The notes beneath the pieces were generated by a model. It saw only the letters and a program-made list of their open reading frames with translations, ran no database searches and was not told the origin of the DNA. Positions 26,291-41,065 of a DNA stretch of 64,000 bases are shown here, in pieces. Position numbers and translations under genes: made by a program. Each line of letters opens with the position of its first letter. The first letter of the stretch is position 1. Where the stretch lies: NCBI GenBank assembly GCA_951406725.2, contig OX597816.1, positions 43,772,001-43,836,000 on the forward strand, in the 5' to 3' direction. The DNA is from Octopus vulgaris (taxonomy: Eukaryota).

Positions 26291-26932
26291 CTTCACTATA
26301 CATGTATGTGTGTGTGTATGTGTGTGTATTTGTGTGTGTTTGCATATCGCTGTACTCCCATTAAGGCTTGAGAACGGGACAATGTTCATGGTTTTAGGAG
26401 GTCCGTCAAGATAAGTAAGTTTGATGCTAAAAAGGAAGATGAAAAAGCCGTGAACCCTTGAGTAGAGGCTGCTAGTAATTGCTCAACATTGTTTGAGCTC
26501 TTCTTTATAGTCTGACCAGATTAAACAATATACAGATTTGTTCACGCTTACGCACTCAGTGCGCAGAAACACATAGAGAAAGGCATGCGTATATAAATGC
26601 ATAAGTATGTGTTTTTGTGTGTGTATATATTTGTATATACATATCTATGTGCTTATATGTGTGTGTGGGTGTAATTCGATATATACGCGTGTGTGTGTAT
26701 ATGTCTGCATAGGTGTGTATATTTCAAGAGGAAATATACTCCTTTAGAAATTACCCTTCACCCTTTAAACACCACATAAATTAACGGCCTTATTTAACGA
26801 ATAAGAGAAATACTTCTTGCTCGTTTTTGAGTTTGGTTTCTGCCACTGGTTAACTATCGTTAAATATGCCTACCGTAAACTGCCACCTATGGTGGATTTT
26901 TCTTATTTCATTCAGTGATCCTTTATCTAATA

Positions 26933-27130
26933 CAGTAGTGCCTCAGTTTTCGAACAACTCTGATCACGTATAAATCGTGCTTTACATATATATATATATA
27001 TATATGATTTATTCGTAAACAGAGGCGTTCGTAAACCGAGGTTCTACTGTATTAAATGAATATGAGAAAGAAATGAGATAGAGCACGATTTATTCGTGAT
27101 CAGTGTTGTTCGAATACCGAGGTACCATTG
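26933..27130. mobile_element. pogo/Tigger-like MITE with TA TSD and an extra internal right end
   Basis: TA|CAGTAGTGCCTCAGTTTTCGAACAACTCTGATCACGTATAAATCGTGCT ... AGCACGATTTATTCGTGATCAGTGTTGTTCGAATACCGAGGTACCATTG|TA; a second end GTTCGTAAACCGAGGTTCTACTG|TA stops at 27049. Confidence 0.8.
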
Positions 27131-29061
27131 TAGTACGTTACCCATCGGTGTAACAAATGACAGCTACTTTGTATATGTATAGAGTTCTTTAAGAGAGATT
27201 TCGCTGTTAATTCCTGCAATCATGTAGATCCTGTGATGATATGTTACAAAGATTTAATATCATATTTTGTATGTCCTAACTATGTTTCTATTAAAGGAAG
27301 ATAGAAAATGAGATTGTTGACATATTTGCCAAATGATTAAATGCAATAAAATCACACGTCTAAAGCCAAGAATCTTTCTGATAACAACTGTATTCTATGT
27401 TCTGTATGTTACTGGTCTTATTTACAAGTACTAATACAAGACACATGTGTTCACTCATGTATGCGATATACATGTAGTATTTAAATAGAGAATATACTAT
27501 TCATGTATTAATATAGCCTCCTGGTTTTATTTCCTACAAGAAGGGCGTTTTATACACAGTAGAAATATGTGTATATATGCTTGCTTTTGTATTATACGGT
27601 GATATGTTTATATACTGAAAGGTTTTGCACGATGTTTAGAATACTATTTTCAGCTTGGTGGTTTTCTTTACAAACTCGTTTAGTATGATTTTCAGGAATA
27701 CACATGAAAACAGGAACATATAGAAACGCGTTATGTAGTGATTTAATGGTGTTTTAACCCAGTGAACTAGAAAAATGCCCGGTTGTTAGACAGCAGAAAA
27801 ACCTGTAATTTCAGGAAGAAATTTCTCGTTTAATAATAGGGAGAAAAGAGGAATTTTTGTCCCTCCGCCTTTTTCTTGCTTTATTGAGAAGTATATTTCA
27901 TGATATAAACGTTCAATTACATTATTGTTTATTGATCTAATATTTTACCGTAGTGTTTAATGAAGTGTAACTTACTTAAATAAATGAACGGAAAATATCG
28001 GTAAATAAATGACAGGATACACATAACTTGATATTTGTTTGAATTTAGTTGCAATTTTAAATGACAAACATATATTTTCGTAAATACTATAATCAAGGTC
28101 AGGGAAAACAAATGGCAGAATCGAAACATCGTCGGTTACCCTGCGCTGCATTTTCAATGCTAAATTTCTACGGTTTGAGGGTTCAAATCTAGCGATGGTT
28201 AACTTTGTCTTTCATACTTCTGGAGTCCGATAAAGTGTGAATGTTACACTGCGATTGATTATTTTCTCTGTCTCTCTCTCTTTCTGTGTGCATTTTTTAT
28301 GATTTAGAAGACATCCGCTGTTGACAAGAGAGGGTTGGGCTTCGGAAAGTCTCAAATTGCTCAGAACTTAACGGAATAACACGATGGAACCCCCGTAAAC
28401 TGAATCAAGGATCTGGGAGCTAACGAAATAGAATGAAAAGCATATATAATCTAAGACTGTAGTCTGTATTCTGCATAGGCCTGAATTTTACGAACGTCTG
28501 CCTAGAAACTTATGATACATGCATCTGGGAGTTGGAATAGCTGAGTTGATAGAAAATCGATTAAACGAGCTGTGCTGTATATTCTGAAATTGACGTTTTC
28601 GTAAAAATAATTTATTAAAGAGGTCATTTTTGTTATAGATCTAAATGCGAAATGAAAATGTTTGTTGTGCAGAGTTGATGTCAAATAGTCTCGAAGATTC
28701 AATGAGATCATTTACGCTTTTGTCCATTGAAAGTAAACCATTAATTATAGTTTTTGTAGTAGAAGATAATAATTGATATGCTTGGCCATATACACGCAGA
28801 CACAGATGTGTGCACGTATACAGACCTACGCACACAAGTACAAACACAGAATAAAGACCAAGATTGGAGACGGGATTTAGGTACATAGGCAGATGAAAAA
28901 GTCATCAATAATACTCTTCTAACGCTGTCGACGCATGTAATTCGTAATTATAGACCGAAATCGAAAACATAATCCATTATAGATATAAGATTTATGTTAT
29001 CTATATTAATCTTAGAACAAGGCTTTTGGAAATATATATTTTAATATGATGTGCGATTGTA

Positions 29062-29478
29062 AGGCAGCGAGGTGGTAAAATCGTTAGAACGACGGGCTTT
29101 ACGTTCTGAATTGAAATTCTGCGGAGGCCGACTTTGCCTTTCATCTTTTCAGTATCGATAAAATAAATGACATTTGGACATTGGGGTCGATATAATCGAC
29201 TTATATTCTTCGCTGAAATTGCTGGCCTTTACAAAAATTTGAAACCGGTACGATCCCACATAGTAGAGCGGTGAGGTGGCAGAATCGTTATCATGAGCAG
29301 GCAATGTACTTAGCAGCGTTTCGTTTGTCCGTCTTTACGTTCTGAGTTCAAATTCCGCCGAGGTCGACTTTGCGTTTCATCGTTTTGTCGATCGAAAAAA
29401 TATATACCAGTAGAGCACTAGTAATCGACTTTCCCCTCATCGAAATTGCTGACTTTGTGCCAAAATTTGAAAGCAGTA
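29062..29478 (+). mobile_element. Two adjacent short-tailed SINE B copies (~29062-29247 and ~29267-29478)
   Basis: Each has GGC(A/G)G(C/T)GAGGTGG..AATCGTTA, TTACGTTCTGA and an AAAATTTGAAA tail. Confidence 0.8.
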
Positions 29479-29550
29479 TGATGCAGGATAGTAATGCTGA
29501 TACACGACATGCATACGTTTGTGTGTGTGTCTGTGTGTCTGTGTGTCTGT

Positions 29551-29600
<50 letters not shown>

Positions 29601-31063
29601 TATGACATCCATCCTACAGTTGAGAGAATTTTTCTTTTTTGGATGTATTCTGTCTTTGCTTTTGAATGTGCAGTCGCCTTCCCTGTATTATTTATTCATT
29701 GCATGGTAATACGTCGTTTTGTTGACACACACACTTGCCCACATACAAATACATACAAACAAGCATATGCACGCACATACACACGCACACACATTTATAA
29801 ATATGTCTGTATAAGTGCGTTTGTGGTTCTATACTTATGACTAATCTATTGATTTGCGTATAATTAAATTTTGATTTGTTCAATATTCCCTGGATTTCTA
29901 ATAACTCTGACACCATAGATTTTCGTATTTCTTGGAAAGCAGGATATCTTATATTAGTAATCACCATTTTACCACTGTCTCTTACAGCTTATTAAAGCAT
30001 CGAAAAGTTTTCGCGACACCTAACTTGATGACTTCATCAAATAAGCTACCATTTACTCACTCGCTTCTTCGCTAATTAACGTGTTGCTAATCTTAAAGTA
30101 ATCAAATTCGTCACAGCTAATTTGCAATACCATTCTTATGCACAGTATCTTAAATGTGGTAATAGAGAGAAACTGAGATATACATGGAAACAAAGATACA
30201 TACCTGCTTACATATTCATTCTTGTATGCTTGGAATGTACATACTTGCGTTGTGTGTGAATATGTATATGGTTGTTAGCCTTTTGACTATGTGTTGTGTT
30301 AAAATTTATCGAAGCAATCATTACGCTTGGGAAATACGAAGACTTAGTATATGTATATGTTGTAATAATCTTAATTATAAGCTGAAGTCCTACACTCTGT
30401 CATTGCCAATGAACTAACTATCAATCATGTTGTGAAGTTAATGACCAGTGTTGCTATAGATTGTTGCACATTAAACCATACTACATTATCAATTGCATCT
30501 ACGATGTAATATATGTTTTGAAAGAGTTATTTTTTCTGCTGAAAAAGGCGTCTGATCTGTTATTTACCAAAATTCATCGTTTCACTGTATTTCATATAGC
30601 CTTTTAGCAATTGTATACTTAATATATATTCACTAACTTTGACACAAATTTTCCTCTAGAGGTTATTATAAAGAACATAGTTTCTGAAAAAAAATTACGC
30701 AATTTCATAAAATGTTCAGCCTAAATTTTAATTTCTGCTTAAGGCACAAGTAGTTTTAGTCAATACGCATACTGATCAGTTCTGCTTCGAAATATTGCTT
30801 GTCCGTATAGTGTTGTTGTTGCTGATGTTCCCTGTTTATTTCTACGTCAACCCTATTCGAGCAGACTGCCGATCAGAAGCGTTCCAATTGTGTCTAGCTC
30901 ATTTTTTAGGAGTTTGTAGAACTACATTATGTAATGTGTTATTTCCTCATGTAAGACAGTAGCATGTAGTAATACTGTAACGCTAACAATTTGAAAAACA
31001 GCGCCCATGTATATGTATACATGTTTGCATGCATGTGTGTGTGTGTATATATATATACACTTT

Positions 31064-31103
<40 letters not shown>

Positions 31104-34100
31104 AAAGCGAGTGTTTCTAGATATATGAAGTAACGTCCAAACATAAATTTTAATTACTTCCAAAATAATTGGTTCTATTATATAACGAAAACGGGCTTTT
31201 GTTAACTGTATTGATTTCAACACTCTTACAAGCTGAAGATAATTAGCTAAAATTTAGAAACTCACAAACTAACATTATAACATGAAACAAAACGGAGACT
31301 ATTAAAATATATACATTTAGACGCAGATGATAACTTTCCTAGATTGGTCATGTAGTCGTGTAAGTATATACATGATGTTCTTAATAATTTTTTTAAAAAA
31401 GATACGTAATAAAAATTTTCAAAACATCGAAGCAAATAATTTGGTTCCGTATCTACCAATGAAATCCATATACTGGCAGTTCATTTAATAGTTTCAAAAA
31501 CCCTTTGGTTTCGATATCTTACATTGTTGCTATTTGTTGCTTCTTTCGTAATTGGTGGTGAAATCTTGCACATAATATCTTTTATAAAACTAGTAAACTT
31601 CCAAAATAAAATTTAAAAGTCTCAGTCAAGATTTGCGTTCAACATTTTATTATTTGGCTTTCAGTCTGTTTAGGCAGAATATCTTGAGAATCTGATGTTT
31701 AACAAAAAAGAAAGTCTCAAAACGCCTATAACGGCAGTTCCAAGAAATTAGTGTGTACGTTAAGGTCCTGAAGCGACCATAAATTGTGAGCAGTTACGTT
31801 AATGTATTAATGTCCACCATAATGTCTTAAAGTAATTGTAATGGCCATGCAGAGAAAACACTGTTTATCAAAAGATTTTGAAGTAGTTGTAAATGCTGTC
31901 TTGCGGAGCTAATATCCAACATTAAGTCTAGAAAAAGATATAATGGCTGCTCTGAGAAATTAGTGTCTGCCATAAGAACTCGCAATGGTTATAAACTTCG
32001 TGATGTAGACTAGCATTATGAACAGTTTCAAGACGATACAGTAGAGCTAATATCCAACACGAATTCTTCAATCTGTTAATAATGGTAGTCTTGGGGAATT
32101 AGTGTCAGCCATAAGTAGTCATAGCAGCTTTTCCGTCCAGGATAAAGCATTGACATGGCAATAATTATTGAGTTGGAAATTTATTGAAAAGAAATGCAAA
32201 ATAGACATTTTAGTAATTAATTACGTTCAGAAAAGAAATATCTTTTATACATTGTTTATTATATATTTTATCAACCATTCACTCGAAGCAAGCAAGCAGA
32301 TTCATTTTTTTCTATCAACTGCATAATATTCATTCATTATTTTTATATTGAAAAAGAGCGTACTAGGAAAACTTTGCTTCATTTATAAATTCTTTGTTTG
32401 AATTTTAGAGTTTGTAAACGAATCATTTTCTTTAATTAGTTTCTGTGCAACTATTCCTAATTCATTCCAATGTTAGTGTTGTGACAAATGTGAAAACAGA
32501 GAGGAAGAAGTAAACATCTAAGTTTAGTTTTTCCTTCTGTTTGCAATATTTACGTCTACTTTACACACACACTAAAATGTTCACACAAATATAAATGCAC
32601 ATGCATATATTATAAATGTAGCTCTCTCTCTCGCTCTTACTCTCTCTCTCTCTCTCTGTCTTATCTTCTCTCTTATTCAATCTTCTATTATATCCCCCGT
32701 TGACTTTCTGTTAGATTTTGGTTTTCTTTCTCTTGCCCACTGTCATAGTATGCAAGCACATGTCAGTCTGATAGCGTATATATATATATATGTTTGTGTG
32801 CGTGTATGTGTATACACACATATATGTGAGAGAGAGAGAGAGAGAGAGAGAGGGAAAGAAAGAATGAGAGAGAGAAAGTAAGAACGAGAGAAAGAAATAA
32901 AGAAAGAAAGAAAGAAAGAGAGGGGCAATGACATTTAAGGTTTTTATTTAAATTTCGATAATATATTAGGGAATGATTGATTGTTAACTGGTCATTAAAA
33001 GCGACGAGGTTATACAGTGGCAGTTATTTTATCACCGTCTATGTTTGTTCCCATGATATATGTATATTATCTGCCTGAGTTCAATCGGAAAAACGTTCGA
33101 ATAAATTTCTGAAATTTTAAGTGAGATTCATTACATTTCAACCGTTTACAACTTTAATGTTTAGAGTTGTTTATAGGCAATAATTGCAATTCGTACTCTG
33201 GGTAAACTATGAAATATAGCTCTGAATCAATTCTACATACATATTACTAGTAAAGTTTTGAGCACCAATATATAAAGCATACCTCCTTCTCTACCAAGCT
33301 TTCTGTTTTTGCTATGCAAAAACTCGTTAATCATATCTATGATTAAAGACTTTCGTATGATAAATGCATTATTTAATGAATTCCTTATATTTTTAGGAAT
33401 AGTAAGTTATTATTTGTGGGAGATTTGGCTACTACTTCTCGTACCAGCTACTACATACTCGTGGTAGTAAATTTCTTACTGGAATATTCCAGGAAGATAA
33501 TCATTTTAATTGCAAGAATAAATTCTGTGTAAGCAGAAAAAATTCTCTTTTGCTTCTAGTACTTATGTTTTCTAATGTTTGTACGTTTGCTCTGTCTGTT
33601 ATCATATAATCTACTCCTTTGTATCAGGCACGGTTTCGAGGTTTGTTGCTTTTCACATATTGTAATAGATTTTCAGTAGTTTATATTTTATTAAACTATT
33701 TTCCTAGAATTTATCATTTTATCTTAGAATTTGCTTCCCACATAAATGTAAAAACATTTTTGGAATATTTTGTTGTTGCTTCTATTTGGGATATACATAT
33801 ATACACATATATACATATACACACATATATATATACATAGACATACATATATATGTATATATATACATACACAGCTATATATATATACACACATATACGT
33901 AAATATATACACATATAAATACATATATATTATTGGATTTCAGATGTATGTATATATATATGTGTGTGTGTATCTATGTATATATATACACTTAATAGAA
34001 ACATGAATGCGTATATATATATGTACATATATATATATACATATATATATATACATGCATATATGCATATATATATATACATAAACATATATATTTATAA

Positions 34101-34124
34101 ATACATACATTCATACATATATGA

Positions 34125-34165
<41 letters not shown>

Positions 34166-34594
34166 AGTGTCCAGGATATGAAAAATACGTTTTAAGTTAA
34201 AATTATGAACACGATTATAATAAGGACAAAAGAAAAAAAATTCTTTGCCAATGTGCTGAAAAATAGACGCTAAACCGTATAACCACACAAAATATTTTTA
34301 TTATTACAAACCTGTCGCAACGAGGAAAGGAACGTAACAGAAATTCGTAAAACTTTAGTTATCCGCGTTACGGTCAGGTTTCTGGAATAATCCAAAAGGA
34401 TTTTTTGTTCATCAGCGAGGAATACAATGAAAATAAATGACATACTCAGGGAAAAGCATACACAAACATATGAATACATATAAGTACCCAAATGTATCTT
34501 TTGCCCTTATTTATAATTTTGTGTATACGTATGAATATGTAAACACACACATATATATATATGCATATTCAAATATATATATAGTTGGAATATA

Positions 34595-34775
34595 TATAAA
34601 AAAAACAAAAGACGGAAATAGGTGTGTAAACAACAAACAGGTGTATTAGTTTAACACTCAGGAAGGGGAGAAAGTAATTTACGTTTCGAGCCTAAGCTCT
34701 TCAGCAGAAAAGAACACAATAAAATAAACAGGGAGAGAGAAAATATAAAAAAAGCTTTAGTGGCTAACGGTCAAT
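34595..34775 (-). mobile_element. Copy of the PLE-terminal-like repeat with a hammerhead-like motif at 34676-34712
   Basis: rc CTTTTCTGCTGAAGAGCTTAGGCTCGAAACGTAAA. Confidence 0.55.
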
Positions 34776-35250
34776 TGTGGCGATGGTTGGACAGAGGTGG
34801 TCAGACATACATACACAAACAGACACATGCACAAATAAATACATAAGTAAATAAATATATGGAAATGTATACACATCTATACGAACATGCCTGCATATAT
34901 ACATATGCCCCAAGAATATATGTGCGCATGACACATTTACGCACACAGAGATACATACATGTGCACGCACAAATATATGATCAATTTTCTTCTTATACGG
35001 CAAACTGAAACAGTTTTCGCTAGTCTTGCAGCCTATTATCAAGGGAGCATGCATTAAAAATACATAAGATAAAATATGCACACATTGCAAGAGAAGTCGA
35101 AAATTCACAGGCACCACCTGTCGATGTTAATATAATGTCCCTCTCTTTCTCTTTTCCGCTTTATATTTCTGTGTTCTTGAATGGAATATACATGTGTGTA
35201 TATATATATACACAGACACACACATGCTCACAGACATACACACACACACG

Positions 35251-35293
<43 letters not shown>

Positions 35294-35407
35294 CGCGCAT
35301 GTATATAAATATGCCTATATATATACATATATATAGACGTATGTATATATACATATATATACATGTGTGTGCGCATATAAATGTATGTAATTATGTGTAT
35401 ATATGTG

Positions 35408-35458
<51 letters not shown>

Positions 35459-35888
35459 GTATATATATGTCTATATATATATACATGTATTTATGTGCAT
35501 AAATGCGCGCGTGTGTGTGTGTGTGTGTGCATGTATACAACCTACACTGGTGAACTGGGACTGGATGTCAGCCACACTAAATGAAATTCCTTTCAATTGA
35601 TGATAGTAAATTTAATTGAGTGTAAGTCCCATGGTATTACATATAAGACTGGCGCGGATTCGTGCTACTTGGCACATCATGAATTATACATAATTGGGGA
35701 ACTCATACAGACGTTTATATTGAAACACACACAAACACGCACCCATACACACACACACACACACACACACCCACGAGTATGCAAAACATGTATATATATA
35801 TTCGTTTACATATGTATGTTTGTACTTGTACGTATTAATATATGGCCGTGTATGTATGTATCAAGATCTATAAGTATGTATGAATATG

Positions 35889-35972
<84 letters not shown>

Positions 35973-36740
35973 CATCATCATCATTCCCTATAGTTGCAAA
36001 CGTTGTTTTACTTCATTCACCTTATCTGAATATTTTTGTTTCAGTAAAGTCTTGCTTTCATATAATACTTATATTTCTTGTGGAAGCATATTTTCAGTAA
36101 GTTGTTTACATATTTTTTAAAGCTCTACCTCAAATCGTGCTTCGTTACGTGAGTGTATTGCTGGAAAATATTACGCAAAGCATCGATGCCTAGTCATATA
36201 TCTTCGCTCGAATTTCTGATCATATTAAAACAAATGGCTGCAAAAACGCTCATGCGCAGTGAAAATCTTCATGTGCGCTAGTAATATTTATGAGGTGCAC
36301 ACATACATGCATGTCCTTCTCATGTACATATTCCTTTCAAGTCTTCAGATGAATTATTATACTAATGAAATTTCGCATTCCCCACACTTTGTGTTTCCAA
36401 TTCATTCGCCAGAAGGTTTTATTAAACCTGTCTATATTACAGCTGCCGCCATAGTTACAGGGCGAGCAGTCATACATTTTCATAGGTTACTTTTGTACAT
36501 TTATGTTATATATTCCTTGTTAAGGACTTTTATATGTGCAGAGCGCTGTTTCTTAAATGCAAATCATGCAACTACGGAAGCTGTCATACATTTTGATTGG
36601 ATTTGTTTTCATAATGAAGCTTACCGGTGCATTGGTTTTGTGTTCTGTTCGCACAGTTTTTCGTGGTTCCTTCCAAATTCATCCATGAATACTTATGCAT
36701 GCATATGCATTATACATACATAAGTAGACAAGCACACGCA

Positions 36741-37757
<1,017 letters not shown>

Positions 37758-37970
37758 GAAATCAATTGATATTGTTGTATGTAACCTACCTACAAATTCC
37801 ATCATGAAGGTAGGCCTATTCTCAGGATGTTCATTGCATTGCTCGTGTATGTATTTATCGCAGTCTTTTCACGCTTTCGCTTTCATTTTTGGTAAGCGGT
37901 ATTTTTACCCCCCCCTTATTCAAATATATATACATATATATATATATATATGTATATAGATATATATAAA

Positions 37971-38006
<36 letters not shown>

Positions 38007-38048
38007 TATAAGTCACATGTATATGTGAATATAAAACATACACATACA

Positions 38049-38089
<41 letters not shown>

Positions 38090-38326
38090 TAGACATATCC
38101 ATATATACACTAAAAACATATAGTGAGGAATAGACATGAGAAATTTGCTGACCCACGCACAAAGAGCATTAGCTCCACCTCAAGGTAACACTTTAAGGTA
38201 TAACTTTTGGGGGAATATCTTTGTGGCTTCAGGAATTGCAACAGTCTCACGAGCAGTTCTTTCTTTAGCATCTACTTTTCTACCGAACAGTATGGCGAGG
38301 ATTAAGCTAACCTCCTTTATATATAC

Positions 38327-38366
<40 letters not shown>

Positions 38367-39703
38367 ACGCGCCTCTGGTTGTTTGTGTGTGTATACGAAT
38401 AATATACTGAACCAGATAATTTTAGAACAAATGTTTGGAAAATAATAATTTCAAGTTTTGCCCCAAGAGTAGCAACTTTGGGGGGAGGGGATGAGTTGAT
38501 CACATCGACCGCGGTGTTCAACTGGTACTTATTTTATCGACCCCGAAACCAAGGAGAATCTGAACTCAGTATAATCCATTACTTGACTGAAATTTTATTT
38601 AAGAACTTCAGTAAAGTTGATATGTCTAGAAATTTTACACAGATTGCAAAATGCGAAAAATATTTGTAACATTTCTTCGTTGCTCTAATTTTTATGACAA
38701 TCGACCGCTTTATTAGACCCATTATCGGAATTAGTTCTATAACGTTATTGTTGTTTGTACGGGTGCTCTAACTAGCTTTTTAACTGACGGACCACCCACG
38801 CGAAAATAATACAACATATGCAAAGCATCCACTTTCTGTAAGTAAAAAAAAAGAATAAAATAGAAAATAAATAAATAAAATGGAAAATAAACATGTCAAA
38901 TCAACAGACTCAATGATTTTAGTTTCGATAAATATCAAATGTAGTGATATTTTGACTCGCTCACCGAACATATTTTCTCAACGAGCACTCAACGCCTATC
39001 CCTTCGCACACAGTACATAAACCAAACTATACTTAGAGAGTTATTTCTCTATGAAAAGAATAACTGATTTCTGACTTACATCTGTCTGCGTAAGCTGTTT
39101 TACTTCCAACGAAAGAAGCAAAAATTAGGGACTAACAGCTGTCGGAACCATTCACTAACAAAATGGCATTTCAGATACAAGTTTTCATTCTTAGAACTCT
39201 CTCTCTCTCGTCCTGCTTTCTCTTTTTTTTTTTCGTTTTGGCGTACAGTCTGTTAGATACAGGGGAATTTGTAGCATTTACTTGCATAAGTGAACGTATT
39301 TCTGTGCGTGTAATGCCCATCGTTGTTTTATGTTAATGCTATAAGCAAAATACTGAGATCTCTATACACATAATAAAGTCAATATATTTGTATTTAAGAA
39401 ACTTGACTGCTATTCCGTTCTATGAATTCATTACCATCGAACAAAGCGTTCTTCAAAATGATGTTTCAATAAGAAAAGCTTTTCATATCTTAAATGTAAA
39501 GGGGTTTATTGTTAACTTGTAGCAAGTCTCAGAGATCAGAATTTCTTCATTTGACTTTTATAATTCCCTAGGTAGTATTTTAATCCATGCCAGCAAATTA
39601 ATATAATTACCAGTATGACATTCCTCAGCTGCGTAGAACTGCGATAGGTGGGCTACGAGTATTTACTGTACCCGATGTCTTAGTAAACGGAACGACTAAG
39701 AAA

Positions 39704-40123
39704 TCTTTGTCTTGTTTCAATTATTAAACTGCGGCCATGCTGGGGTACCCAACACCTTGAAGAATTTCAGTCAAATGAATGGACCCCATTGCTTATTATT
39801 TTATTAATATTTTACTTTTGTTTTGTAAAGCCTGGTACTTACTTTATCGGTCTCTTTTGCCGAACGGCTAAGTAAGGGGGACGTAAACACGCCAATATCG
39901 GTTGTCAAGTGGTGGTTGGGGGACAAACAGATACACAATGATACACACACATAGACATATTCATAAGACGGGCAACTTTCAGTTTGCGTCTCTGAAATGC
40001 ACTCACATCGCTTGGGTCACCCCGCGTGTATAATAAAAGAGACTTGCCCAGGATGCCACCCACTGGGACTGAACCGAGACCCATGTGGTTAGGAAGCAAT
40101 CTTCTTACCACATAGTCACGCCT
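39704..40123 (-). mobile_element. SINE family A
   Basis: rc AGGCGTGACTATGTGGTAAGAAGATTGCTTCCTAACCACATGGGTCTCGGTTCAGTCCC; TTGACAACCG...TTCGGCAAAAGAGACCG. Confidence 0.8.
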
Positions 40124-40160
40124 AGTGTATACAAATAAACTCTAATTCAAATTCCTACGT

Positions 40161-40207
<47 letters not shown>

Positions 40208-40242
40208 TTAGAACAATCAATATATGTACACATTTACCAAAG

Positions 40243-41065
40243 TTGCTAGCTTGTCCAATACATTACGAGACTGAAGCGTATCAAGGAATGGCGAAAGAGC
40301 ATAATAAAGAAAGTTGCCTCTGGTTTAACCAATTCTTCCGCCAATGCAACCTCGATTTTCTTAAATTTATTAGAAAGAATTGTCCAACCATTCACAAAGG
40401 ATGTAAGGTATTGAAAAACAATGATATTGAATCAGCGACAGGTGCACAAGGCATCTTGATAACATCGCACACGCACACACACATAACACACACACACACG
40501 CACGCACACACATACACACTTGCATGTATACTCACAGCTATACAAATGATGAGGTAACGAGACCAACATACAGAAATGTAAATGCAATTTCAAGATGAAG
40601 GATAACTACTCGTTTCATAGTAATTTCCTTAGCAACGGAATCGTATTCACAGCTAAAGTTGCTTTCCAAGAGGTTAGCAAGTAAAATGAAATGATCCGTA
40701 GCAATAAGCAAAGCTATTGCCTAAGGTATTTCCATAACTATAAGAAATTCATATGAGAGTAAAGCAAAGCTATGATAACTGCCGAAGCTTTATCAAAATA
40801 CTTAGCCATGTTGAAAGATACGGGAAAGATATACCTCTTGAATGGTCAAGCTTCAAAATTACCCACGCCGCCTATAAAAATAGCACAGCTGACCAAAATA
40901 TGTTGATATGGTATTTCAGTATATCAAAAATTAATTAAAAATACAAATGGTAATCATATCAGAAAAATTTTCTAGCTGTTTTAGTGAGATCTACCGGAGA
41001 AGACAAAAAAAAAAACACACTTACTCTGAACACAGAAAACTTATATTTTTAAAATCATTCCTCAT
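40243..41065 (+). pseudogene. Decayed Penelope-like retroelement (RT-to-endonuclease linker and GIY-YIG C-terminal region)
   Basis: LWFNQFFRQCNLDFLKFIRKNCPTIHKGCKVLKNNDIES resembles the PLE motif IWFNPP...FL.LI.KHFP..H...KIFN.N.IK.S; the later LSHVERYGKDIPLEW resembles LS.H.W.LK....I.W. Confidence 0.55.
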
